From Mustelus asterias (lineage: Eukaryota), in the NCBI RefSeq assembly GCF_964213995.1, contig NW_027590578.1, positions 1 through 64,000 of the forward strand: DNA of 64,000 nt. The letters run 5' to 3'. Shown here one piece after another: positions 51,476-63,667 of this stretch; position 1 is the stretch's first letter, and every line of letters starts with the position of its first letter. The notes beneath the pieces are model-generated. The model saw only the letters and a list, made by a program, of their open reading frames with translations. It was not told the DNA's origin and ran no database searches. Made by a program: the position numbers and the translations under genes.

Positions 51476-53039
51476 ATTGGAACCTCATAGAATCATAGAA
51501 TGCCTACAGTGCAGAAGGAGACCATTCGGCCCATTGAACCCGCACCGACCACAGCCCCACCCAGACCCTCTCCCCGTAACCTCACATCTTTACCCCGCGA
51601 ATCCCGCTGACAGGAGGGAGCAATTCAACATGGCCAGTCAACTTAACCCGCACATCTTGGGACTGTGGGAGGAAACCGGAGCACCCGGAGGAAACCCACG
51701 CAGACACGGGGAGAACATCCAAACTCCAGACAGACAGTGACCCGAGGCTGGAATCGAACCGGGGGCGCTGTGAGGCAGCTGTGCTAACCACTGTGGCACC
51801 GTGCCGCCCAACGTCAGACGTCAGAACATCGTGTATTGTGACGTCGGAATGCGGATATGTGTGGCGTCAGAATGTGTGACGTCACCCTGTAGCCCATGTG
51901 ACGTCACTGTGAATTGCGAGTGACGTCAGTGGGTCTGGATTGTGGGTCAGAGACATCTCTCCTGGAGCTGATCTGAATATTCAGCCCTGAGTTGATGGGA
52001 ATTAACAGCTGATCTGAAACATCTCTCCCGGAGCTGATGTGAATATCCAGCTGTGAGGTTGCGGAATTAAGATCTAATCAGAAGCAGGGAGGTCCTGCCT
52101 TCATGTGGGCCAGTGGTACAAGCAACACCGGGATCCACAGCCAAGGCTTATGAGAAAAAGCTCTGTTTTGAAACAAATATAAGGAAGATTTTGCTAATAC
52201 AGGTCTCCCAGTAGAATCTATCTACCAGTTAAGCTTCCTTTTCTGCTTCCCATAAATTGTTTATTCCTTTAAAACCAAGGTTTGATGTTCAGGTCAACTC
52301 CGGGAAAGTGTTTCCGCCGGCAGAACTTTGGAAAACACAAGCGTCTACTTTAGGAGGGGAGAGTGCAATGGAAAGATTAGATTAATTGATTACTCTCCGA
52401 TTTGTTAAACTTGGAAGGTGGTCATCGGATCCCTACAGTGCAAAAGGAGGCCATTCGGCCCATCAAGTCTGCACCGACTATTGTCGAGGCCCTATCCCTG
52501 CGGTGTCTAAAGAGATGGCGGAAGAAGAGATAATAGTAAGTTTTAGAAGGAAATGAGAGATAAGTTGAAAGCAGAAAAATGTCCGTGACTGTGAGAGATT
52601 CGAGGTTTGAAAGATGAATTGAAGAAATCTGTCAACTCTGAAATCTGTTAGGCAAAGATACCATGGGCCGAGTGGCCACATCTCCTGCATTGATACGCTA
52701 TGTTTCTATTTTGTTCATGTCCCTGGCCCCGTAATGCCCCTCCCTCTCTATTTCTTCTCAGTCACTTGGATAGTGAGCAGGTGCAGAATGGTGACAGATT
52801 CCGGAGATGGAAGTCTCGCTATTTCTGTTCCGGGTGCAGCTGAAGCTGCCGCACACTCCACTCAATATTTTGTCTACTGCATCCCCGCCCACGACTTCCG
52901 TTTTCTGCTCTCGTGATTGGACGGATTGCTGCCGCTGCTCCATTCCTCTCATTGGTTGGATCAGCAGTGCAGTGGAACAGTGTCTTTCTGTCTCTGACAG
53001 GATTTCACTCATTGCAGAGTTACAGACTCAGGAAGCATC

Positions 53040-53537
53040 ATGGTGAACTATCTCACTCCGATCCTCATCATTCTCTCACTTCTCAGTAAGCATTTTCTTC
53101 CCAGTAAAACTACAAGCTCCTCCTGACTGCTGTAACCCAGATATTCTTGTTGATAAAACAATAGTGATGATGATAATTGTATCGTTTAATCTGAGGCTAA
53201 CTCTGATTGTCATATTGCTGTTGTTTCTGTTAGAATGGAGCCACCAAGACGAAGTGGAACAATTGGATCCTGGAATAAAGGTTAAAGAGGAAAATGATGT
53301 CACACTAACCTGCGCTTTGAAAACAAGCGATTCCAACCCTTATGTGTACTGGTACAGTCAGCAGCCCGGGAAAGCTCCAGTGTACATGTTTAAGCTTATT
53401 GGAGAGAATGTACAAAGGAACACCGACCTCAATGATCGGTTTTCTTCCAAATTTGATAAAAAGAACAAGACTAGCGAGCTAACGATCAGTAACACACTGA
53501 TTTCCGACAGCGCCGGGTACTTCTGTGCCATGAAGCC
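53040..53537 (+). CDS. TRAV: TCR V segment, family C copy 2 (leader 53040-53085, V exon 53234-53537)
   Basis: As copy 1; CDR2 region NVQRNTDL. Confidence 0.9.
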
Positions 53538-53577
53538 CACACTGCTGCAGAGATATAGCGAATCCCGTACAAAAACC
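53538..53577 (+). other. RSS with 24-bp spacer
   Basis: CACACTG-24-ACAAAAACC. Confidence 0.9.
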
Positions 53578-53894
53578 CCACACTGGCAGTTCCAGTTAGT
53601 TCCCAGCAGGGTGCGCGCGCACACACGCGGGTAATTCAATTTCCACAGAGAGAGTGACAGAGATTCTTAACATTGCAACAAAAGACAACACTCAAAAACA
53701 GCAACTGGTGTGGTCCAGTTGCAGTTACATTAGTTAATGGTCGGAGCTTACATTTGCAATATCGATCTGAGCTACTTCAACACTTTTTCTTTCGTTTTCG
53801 ATGCCCTTCTCTGCCTATTTGTTGCAAACTGTCCATGTCTGCTGATTTATGGAAATTCTGCACATTTCCTTTCAAGTCTTTAACATAAGCATTA

Positions 53895-55700
53895 AAGTTG
53901 TTGGAGAAGATTCTTAAAGATAGGATGTATGCGCATTTAGAAAGGAATATACTCATTAACGATAGTCAACATGGTTTTGTGAGAGGGAGGTCATGCCTCA
54001 CTAACCTGGTGGTGTTTTTTGAAGAAGTGACCAAAATGGTTGACGAAGGAAGGGCCGTGGATGTTGTCTATATGGACTTTAGTAAAGCGTTTGACAAAGT
54101 CCCTCATGGTCGGCTAGTGAAAAAGGTTGGATCCCATGGGATAAAGGGGGAGGTGGCTAGATGGGTGGAGAACTGGCTTGGTCATAGAAGACAGAGGGTG
54201 GTAGTGGAAGGGTCTTTTTCCGGCTGGAGGCCTGTGACTAGTGGTGTACCGCAGGGCTCTGTATTGGGACCTCTGCTGTTTGTGATTTATATAAATGATC
54301 TGGAAGAAGGAGTAACTGGGGTGATCAGTAAGTTTGCGGACGACACAAAACTGGCAGGACTTGCAGATAGTGAGGAACATTGTCAGAGGCTACAGAAGGA
54401 TATAGATAGGCTGGAAATTTGGGCAAGGAAATGGCAGATGGAGTTCAATCCTGATAAATGCGAAGTGATGCATTTTGGTGGGAATAATGTAGGGAGGAGC
54501 TACACGATAAATGGAAGAACCATAAAGGGTGTAGAGACGCAGAGGGACCTGGGTGTGCAAGTCCACAGATCTTTGAAGGTGACGTCACAGGTGGAGAAGG
54601 TGGTGAAGAAGGCATATGGCATGCTTGCCTTTATAGGACGGGGCATAGAGTATAAAAGTTGGGGTCTGATGTTGCAGATGTATAGAACGTTGGTTCGGCC
54701 GCATTTGGAATACTGCGTCCAGTTCTGGTCGCCACACTACCAGAAGGACGTGGAGGCTTTGGAGAGAGTACAGAGGAGGTTTACCAGGATGTTGCCTGGT
54801 ATGGAGGGGCTTGGTTATGAGGAGAGATTGGGGAAACTGGGGTTGTTCTCCTTGGAAAGACGGAGGATGAGGGGAGACTTAATAGAGGTGTATAAAATTA
54901 TGAAAGGCATAGATAGGGTGAACGGTGGGAAGCTTTTCCCCGGGTCGGTGGTGACGTTCACGAGGGGTCATAGGTTCAAGGTGAAGGGGGGGAGGTTTAA
55001 CACGGATATCAGAAGGACATATTTCACACAGAGGGTCGTGGGGGCCTGGAATGTGTTGCCGGGCAAGGTGGTGGAGGCGGACACACTGGGAACGTTTAAG
55101 ACTTATCTAGACAGCTATATGAACGGAGTGGGAATGGAGGGATACAAAAGAGTGGTCTAGTTTGGACCAGGGAGCGGCGCGGGCTAATTGTTCCTGGTTT
55201 CTCGTTTCAAGGCTTCATTCTATGATCATCTTGCTGGTGCCAGTACAGAGCGAGACTGCGGATAGTTGGGAACCTGTCTCGGGGGCAGGGAATTCATATG
55301 GTTTTCGTGGAAGTGGAAATGACTCGGGTTGGGAAGCATTTTCCGATCAGGGCCATTGTGATCTCCTGGACTCGTTTCGATCGCCTCAGGGGGTCGGAGA
55401 GGAATTTCCCAGATTTTTTTTTTCCCCATATTGGCCCTGGGGTTTTTCACTCTGGGTTTTCGCCTCTCCCTGGAGATCACATGGTCTGGAATGGGGGGGT
55501 GGGGGTGAGTTAATAGGTTGTAATGAACAAAGCATCGTAGCTGTGAGGGACAGCTCGGTGGATAGGATATTGGTATGTAGATAGGCTGGAAAATTGGGCG
55601 GGGATCCTGGATTCAGGATTCAATCCTGGACCGGGGAGCGGCGCGGGCTTGGAGGGCCGAAGGGCCTGTTCCTGTGCTGTATTGTTCTTTGTTGTTCTTT
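53895..55700 (+). mobile_element. CR1/HER1 LINE, duplicated with the cassette (ORF 53898-55160)
   Basis: One amino-acid difference (D/Y) from the 44034 copy; same flanks. Confidence 0.95.
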
Positions 55701-56649
55701 TTCTGTTCCCTTGTAAATTAAATCAGGACCTCTCCAATCCGGTTGCTCAGCTATTGGGTCCCATTTTCAATCCACGTCACTGATGAGGATTTCGCTTTGT
55801 ATTGAATCACTTACTAACCCGATACTCCTGGTGCAAGAATGCTGGTCCGCAGTGTGGAATGGACATTCAGCTGCCTCTCATATAGAGAGACAAAGTTATA
55901 GAATTTCCAATTTGACATTGTTATTGAGTTCAGCTCCTTGCAGATAAATCCCAGCGGTCACCACACTGCCTATGGTAGCCCCACCCACAGTTTTCCTGTG
56001 CTGTTCGCACTCTGATATTTTATTGGAGATGTTGATCTTTGTTGCTTTTCCCTGTTTGGCACTGATTGGATCAGCAGTCCAATGGGGAGGCAAGCTATAT
56101 TTCCACTCTGATAGAAGATTTGACAGGCTGCAAAATTACAAATTGAGAGAACATCATATGGAAATATCTCAGACCATTCATTGTTCTGTCACTTCTTATG
56201 AGGTAGATGTTTTGACTAAAAAATCATCCTCCCCCGCACTATAGCTGATATCCCAAACATGATTAATAACAAACTGCTTGTTATGTTGCTGTGAGGATGG
56301 ATATTGTCATTCTCCATGTCAGAACAGAGCCATCAGGACTCAGGGGAATGGTCGGTTCCTGAAATGACGGTTGAAGGGGAAAGTAATCACCTGTCGTGGG
56401 ATGACCAAATTCACTTTGTTCCATTCGTCCCTCCGCCAATAGGATGAATTGCAGATAAAGGAACTGTGAGGTCATTGGTTGAACTGAAGAACATAGGAGG
56501 TTGAATCCGATTGGATGTCATCTGATGACGTTTTCAATGGTAAACCAATCAACAGGTAGCCGGATATGACTCACCCTTTTCCCAACTCTTGACCGACACA
56601 AATTCAGCTTCAACCCGTTCTGGTCAAATTCGCTGCGAGCTCTGCAATC

Positions 56650-57525
56650 ATGTGTCTTGTTACTCTGTATTTATTCCTCACAGCGGCAGCTCTGTTAATC
56701 GGTAAGTTCACAAGTTGCTCAAGTCTGTGTTACACACCATTACCACACACTATATTCTGTCGGGCGGTTCGCTCAATGCAAGGGGGTTGATCAGGGAATG
56801 GATTGATCACAACATCGAAAAGTTATTTGGATCTCTCTGGTCTCAACACTGAACACTGTTGGGATTCGGCACATTTCCCCCAGGGATTGATAGAGAATGA
56901 GTTGGGCTCAGATTCCAGCTCCTCTGATACCAGTGAACCACTTTGGCAAACATCACATTTCAAACAGACCGTGAGCAGTTTCCAGTTACAGGGACTGAAG
57001 ACGAGGAACTGATCCCGTTAGAAAGAAGAGAATGTTTATGGTGGAAGTTTTATTTAATCGCCACAAACGTCTTCCCATTCCAGCCGCTGAACTGTGAAAA
57101 ATATGTTTCTGTTTTGCTGTCTGATTTCTCCCTGAGATTATTTTTGCCGATAACGGGCAAATTCTGGGAAAACTGAGTGAAATTGCAATGTTTAATTTAA
57201 TATTTCTTTGGACTCTTCCAGGACATTCCCGAGGAGATTCTGTTTCACAGACAGCGGCTGCAGTCACCGTCACTGAAGGAGATGATGTTCGGTTGCTCTG
57301 TAATTACACATCTACAGACATCAACCCTTATCTATTCTGGTACCGTCAGTATCCCAGTGGATCCATGGAATATCTGCTGCAGACACATAAATACACCGGG
57401 AACACAGGGAGATCCAAAGGGGACAGTTTTTCAGCGGAACTCAATTATACAATCCGCACAGTCCCGCTGAAAGTGTCTAAAACAGAGCTGGCAGACTCCG
57501 GGGTTTATTACTGCGCACTGAGACC
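56650..57525 (+). CDS. TRAV: TCR V segment, family D copy 2 (leader 56650-56701, V exon 57222-57525)
   Basis: As copy 1 with six amino-acid changes; open frame. Confidence 0.9.
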
Positions 57526-57564
57526 CACAGAGACACAGAGCTGGGCTGAACCTGTACAAAAACT
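57526..57564 (+). other. 23-RSS
   Basis: CACAGAG-23-ACAAAAACT. Confidence 0.92.
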
Positions 57565-58769
57565 GCCAGAGCCTCACTCAACATAACAGAGCGTTAGGCA
57601 AACATTGTGATCAGACTGAGTCTGATCTGGAACCTGAAATCGTGCTGGTATCTCAAACTTTTAATTCTAATATATATATGTATTATTTATAAATATATTA
57701 CCAAACTAAAACAATGGGGGCAGCTCAGGGAATGAACATTTAACTATTTGTAGAGTTTGATGTCCCAAAGTGTTTCCCTGTCACTGTACAAAACACAGCA
57801 GCCAATTTGGACTCAGTGTGACGTTTCATTCAGTAATATTGTAGTGTTCTGTCTGTTTCAGGAATTGTGGTTGGTGAACAGATATCAAACAGGACATTTC
57901 TCCTGCTCTTCTTGGAAACAGTGACCATGTGATGTATCACCTCCAGCTGAGAGGGAACACGGTGCCCCCGATTGAACAGGTCACCGCGAGGCTGGCCGCT
58001 CTGACGGTGCAGCGTTCCCTGAGCACGGCACTGTCTCCTCGGTAAGTTCCCGGATTCTTATTCCTGCCAGACTGCCTGTGTCCTCTGGAGCGGAAAGAAT
58101 CTCTGAACCGACTGGAGACAGAATCCGGGAAATCCTAGGAAGTGGTGGCCACTCATTAACCCAATCCGGGAAAGAAACGGATTTAAATTTTAAAAATGAA
58201 ATTAAAAATAAACTTTTCTGGCCGTGGAAACAAGAGGACAATGAATTTAATCTCCAGAAAGAAATTTCAGTCGAAAACAGAAAGAAAGATTTTTATTGAT
58301 GCCTTTTACAGACTTCAGATGTCCGAAAGCGCTTTCTAACCCAAGGAAGCTCATTTCCAGTGTCGCGCTGTGGTGATGTTAGAAACTTTATTAACACAGA
58401 AAACAGTGGGAATGTTTAATTCTCTGTCAGACAGGGTTGCCACACTGATCCAGGAATAAAGAGATTGCGGAGTCCAGGTATTTGAAGGTTACTTTGAACT
58501 CTCTCACACACAGGGACACACGCACACACTCTCCCTCTGTCTCTCGATGCAAAATCTCTGTCAGAGAGTGTGGCAAAACCTGTGCAAAATCTCACTAGCT
58601 GTCCTGTCTGGAGACAATACACATCTGTTTAACCTGTGCTTAATGCTCCCTCCACTCACATTGTCTGTACCTTTAAGACTTGATTAGCTGTAAAGACTCA
58701 CATTCCAATCATTATTCATGTAAATTGAGTTTGTGTCTTTGTGCACTGTTTGTGATCAGAACTCCCACT

Positions 58770-58804
58770 CACCTGACGAAGGGGCAGCGCTCCGAAAGCT
58801 CGTG
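58770..58804 (+). ncRNA. Candidate minimal hammerhead ribozyme (Penelope type)
   Basis: CAC-CTGACGA-A-GGGGC-AGC-GCTCC-GAAA-GC-TC-GTG. Confidence 0.55.
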
Positions 58805-60460
58805 GTTTTTGCTACCAAATAAACCTGTTGGACTTTAACCTGGTGTTGTGAGACTTCTTACTTTGTTTACCCCAGTCCAACGCCGGAATCTCTACATCTT
58901 GTCTAGGTCACCAGAGGAACAGATTGCGAAATGATGAGACATGTCTTTATGGCGCAATGCATGCAGTTAACCTCCAAATCTACTTCAGAGCAGCGGTAAT
59001 GAAAGCTCTCAGATGTAGAGATCGTGTAGCCAAAAATTACTGTTATATCATCTTCCAGGGCCGTTAACTGAGATTGCGCCAGCAATTCCTAGAACCAAAC
59101 ATTGGATGTGTCAAAGTCTGCTGTAGTTATGAATACTTGGATTGCTCAATAATAATTTCAACACAGACTCACCTCGTTAAAAAGGCTGTATTATCCGACA
59201 GTACCACGCACCACTTCCTGAATCAGTCGCTAATCAGCCATGCTAAACTCTCCCTCAGTGTACCCGAACAGGCGCCGGAGTGTGGCGACGAGGGGATTTC
59301 CACAGTAACTTCACTGCAGTGTTAATATAAGCTTACTTGCTACACTAATGAATAGACTGAAGCACTGAACTTCTGATCTAACCAATGACAGAAATCGACC
59401 AGCGGCAGCAATGTCTCGAAAAGCACAATGGTGTTGGAATGAATAGCAGCAACCGGAAGCTGTGGCCGGGGTCACCGCAGACTCAAAGCTGATGGAAGTG
59501 CGGAGTTCTCAGCGGCAGTCGCAGGTGATGGAGAGGAAACAGCGACAGCTGAACCTGCAGCAGTCTGTGACAACCTGCATCTGCTCACTGCTCAAGTGAC
59601 TGAGAAAAAATAGTGACGGACGGGCGCGAATGGATCAGAAACAATTGACTCTCCCTGTGGCTCTATGAAAGACCTTTCCCAATTGCTCTTCTCACCCCCC
59701 ATTCCACGTGTTATTTTCCGTTCTCAAGGTCTGACAATGCCTTTTTGAAATTTACTATTGAATGCTCTTCCTTTATAGTTTGCGGCGCTCTACTCCAGAT
59801 GGTAACAAATATCAATGCAATGAATAACATTTATCGATCCCTGTCCACTTTTCTGTGAAAATGGGATGACTTGGTCGTTTATTTATCGAACAGGTTCATT
59901 GCTGCCTTTGTTCGTTCAAATGAACAGCGAACCGGTCTGAGAGACCTTGGGACCTCTCTCAATGTCTGGCCCTCTACCACTTCATTAAATATCCCATAAC
60001 TTACCCGGAATACTGCTCTGTCTAGATAGGCACAGAAAGCTTTCAGATATGGAGTGACTGTCCCTTAGCACTCCTGACTGGTCTTCCAGAGCTTTCAACT
60101 CCGATGGAGTCTGGGAAACTCAATGTCTGTCACTCGTCCCTGCAGCCGAACTTAGAATGTGTCACAGACTGGAATGGGATTTATCACAGGAAATAGACAA
60201 GGATCCTTTTAATATTGACTCACGGAATACCACGATTATTCCAATTTGGAAGCACCATGGAACATGCGCTGCCCGGATGACATTTCCACAGAAAATAACC
60301 CAATTTAAATGTATTTTATCCGTTCTTTTTTGATTTTAAAGAGTAAACCCAAATCGGCAACAGGTCTCACTGATCGGGTGACTGTGGCGCGTATCCAAGG
60401 GAGAGAGTGATTAAAAGTCCAGCTCTCTGCACAGGCTCCAATTTCTGGATGATCGCGGCA

Positions 60461-60499
60461 GGTTTTTGTACGGCCCTGTACGGTCTTTGCTACACTGTG
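60461..60499 (-). other. 23-RSS (consensus) of inverted V
   Basis: CACAGTG-23-ACAAAAACC. Confidence 0.95.
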
Positions 60500-61002
60500 C
60501 CTGCATCGCACAGAAATAGGTGGCGGTGTCTGTCAGCCGAGCTTCACTAACATTCAGAACGCTGTGGTTCTCTGAGAAACTGTACCGAGCCGTGATCCTG
60601 CCCTGATCGCTGGTACCGCTCACCAGGTGCTGCACGGTTCTGTCTGGATTTTGTCTGTACCAATGAAGGACCTGTCCAGTTACTGTGGCTGAACAGTTCA
60701 ACGATGCAGTGGCTCCCTCGGTAACAACCACTGACTCCGGAGACTGTGATAGCTCTTCACTGCCAGCGGCATCTGGGAAGAATATGTACATTTGCAGTAA
60801 GAACATATCGTACTATAATGTAGCACAATAAAGTACCATTGTATTCACAATTCGAGATGACACAATAAAGCTGAGTCCAATTTAACAGAACATAACATTG
60901 CTGAGGTGTGAAATATTGCTGTCAGAAATAGTGACCACACTTACACTGAGGGAACAGTAAGAAATCCAGGAAAATAATCAACAAAGTGAAGCTCAGAAAC
61001 AT
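60500..61002 (-). CDS. TRAV: Inverted TCR V segment, family B copy 3 (leader 61002-60945, V exon 60772-60500)
   Basis: Same architecture; CDR1 SATVTGQVLH. Confidence 0.9.
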
Positions 61003-61215
61003 GTTGGATCCTATCGGCTTGTGTGAAACAGCTGTCAGCAGATCCCAGGCTGAGAGAAGCTCCTGGGAAAGCAATGCTATTGGATATCAAACCGAGCCCC
61101 AAACCAGTCACAGAGTGTCGGTGAGAGCCGGGTCGCTGGGACTTGTGATCACAAAGTGAATCAGTGAGGGAGCTTCAGCATTGATAGTGCGGGGGAGGAG
61201 AGTGCGCATGCGACA

Positions 61216-61297
61216 GAACATCCGGTATTGTGACGTCAGAACATCCGGCATTGTGACGTCAGAACATCCGGCATTCTGACGTCAGAGCATCCGCGTC
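61216..61297. promoter_or_regulatory. 23-bp CRE repeat, 3 TGACGTCA
   Basis: TGACGTCA at 61231, 61254 and 61277. Confidence 0.75.
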
Positions 61298-62895
61298 ATT
61301 GGAACCTCATAGAATCATAGAATGCCTACAGTGCAGAAGGAGACCATTCGGCCCATTGAACCCGCACCGACCACAGCCCCACCCAGACCCTCTCCCCGTA
61401 ACCTCACATCTTTACCCCGCGAATCCCCCTGACACGAGGAGGCAATTCAACATGGCCAGTCAACCTAACCCGCACATCTTGGGTCTGTGGGAGGAAACCG
61501 GAGCACCCGGAGGAAACACACGCAGACACGGGGAGAACATCCAAACTCCAGACAGACAGTGACCCGAGGCTGGAATCGAACCGGGGGCGCTGTGAGGCAG
61601 CTGTGCTAACCACTGTGGCACCGTGCCGCCCAACGTCAGACGTCAGAACATCGTGTATTGTGACGTCGGAATGCGGCTATGTGTGGCGTCAGAATGTGTG
61701 ACGTCACCCTGTAGCCCACGTGACGTCACTGTGAACTGCGAGTGACATCAGTGGGTCTGGATTGTGGGTCAGAGACATCTCTCCTGGAGCTGATCTGAAT
61801 ATTCAGCCCTGAGTTGATGGGAATTAACAGCTGATCTGAAACATCTCTCCCGGAGCTGATGTGAATATCCAGCTGTGAGGTTGCGGAATTAAGATCTAAT
61901 CAGAAGCAGGGAGGTCCTGCCTTCATGTGGGCCAGTGGTACAAGCAACACCGGGATCCACAGCCAAGGTTTATGAGAAAAAGCTCTGTTTTGAAACAAAT
62001 ATAAGGAAGGTTTTGCGAATACAGGTCTCCCAGTAGAATCTATCTGCCAGTTAAGCTTCCTTTTCTGCTTCCCATAAATTGTTTATTCCTTTAAAACCAA
62101 GGTTTGATGTTCAGGTCAACTCCCGGAAAGTGTTTCCGCCGGCAGAACTTTGGAAAACACAAGCGTCTACTTTAGGAGGGGAGAGTGCAATGGAAAGATT
62201 AGATTAATTGATTACTCTCCGATTTGTTAAACTTGGAAGGTGGTCATCGGATCCCTACAGTGCAAAAGGAGGCCATTCGGCCCATCAGGTCTGCACCGAC
62301 TATTATCTAGGCCCTATCCCTGCGGTGTTGAAAGAGATGGCGGAAGAAGAGATAATAGTAAGTTTCAGAAGGGATTGAGAGATAAATTGAAAGCAGAAAA
62401 GTGCAGTCACTGTGAGAGATGCGGGGTTTGAAAGCTGAATTGAAGAATTCTGTAATTCTGAATTCTCCACATCAATTCTGCATTCTGTCAGGCAAAGACA
62501 CCATGGGCCGAGTGGCCACATCTCCTGCATTGATACGCTATGTTTCTATTTTGTCCATGTCCCTGGCCCCGTTATGCTCCTCCCTCTCTATTTCTTCTCA
62601 GTCACTTGGACAGTGAGCAGGTGCAGAATGGTGACAGATTCCGGAGATGGAAGTCTCGCTATTTCCGTTCCGGGTGCAGCTGAAGCTGCCGCACACTTCA
62701 CTCAATATTTTGTCTACTGCATCCCCGCCCACGACTTCCGTTTTCTGCTCTCACTCTGAACCTATTGTGTGATTGGACGGATTGCTGCCGCTGCTCCATT
62801 CCTCTCATTGGTTGGATCAGCAGTGCAGTGGAACAGTGTCTTTCTGTCTCTGACAGGATTTCACTCACTGCAGAGTTACAGACTCAGGAAGCATC

Positions 62896-63393
62896 ATGGT
62901 GAACTATCTCACTCCGATCCTCATCATTCTCTCACTTCTCAGTAAGTATTTTCTTCCCAGTAAAACTACAAGCTCCTCCTGACAGCTGTAACCCAGATAT
63001 TCTTGTTGATAAAACAATAGTGATGATGATAATTGTGTCGTTTAATCTGAGGCTAACTCTGATTGTCATATTGCTGTTGTTTCTGTTAGAAAGGAGCCAC
63101 CAAGACGAAGTGGAACAATTGGATCCTGTAATAAGGGTTAAAGAGGAAAATGATGTCACACTAACCTGCGCTTTGAAAACAAGCTATTCCAGCCCTAATG
63201 TGTACTGGTACAGTCAGCAGCCCGGGAAAGCTCCAGTGTACATGTTTCAGCTTATTGGAGAGATTGTGCAAAGGAACACCGACCTCAATGACCGGTTTTC
63301 TTCCAAATTTGATAAAAAGAACGAGACTACCGAGCTGACGATCAGTAACACACTGATTTCCGACAGCGCCGGGTACTTCTGTGCCATGAAGCC
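62896..63393 (+). CDS. TRAV: TCR V segment, family C copy 3 (leader 62896-62941, V exon 63090-63393)
   Basis: Open frame; CDR1 KTSYSSPNVY, CDR2 FQLIGEIVQR. Confidence 0.9.
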
Positions 63394-63433
63394 CACACTG
63401 CTGCAGAGACAGAGCCAATGCCGTGCAAAAACC
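63394..63433 (+). other. RSS with 24-bp spacer
   Basis: CACACTG-24-GCAAAAACC. Confidence 0.85.
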
Positions 63434-63667
63434 CCAGACTGGCAGTTCCAGTTAGTGCCCAGCAGGGTGCGCGCGCACACACGCGGGTAATTCAGTTTCC
63501 ACAGAGAGAGTGACAGAGATTCTTAACATTGCAACAAAAGACAACTCTCAAAAACAGCAACTGGTGTGGTCCAGTTGCAATTACATTAGTTAATGATCGG
63601 AACTTACATTTGCAATATCGATCTGAGATACTTCAACACCTTTTTTTTTCGTTTTCGATGCCTTTCT

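Larger units (their letters stand above)
47907..57769 (+). repeat. ~9.86-kb tandem V cassette, unit 2
   Basis: Collinear near-identical copy of unit 1. Confidence 0.95.
57770..63667 (+). repeat. V cassette unit 3 (partial; interrupted by a SINE and the window end)
   Basis: Collinear with units 1 and 2 up to TTTTCGATGCCTTTCT. Confidence 0.93.

Noticed and set aside
31900-63433. NAR-TCR, TAILV or IgH-like V segments
   Set aside because: Every V has its own leader, there is no extra CDR1/FR Cys, no leaderless supporting V and no D/J mini-cluster; WYxQ and CAxR/K ends are TCR alpha/delta-like. A phylogeny would be decisive.
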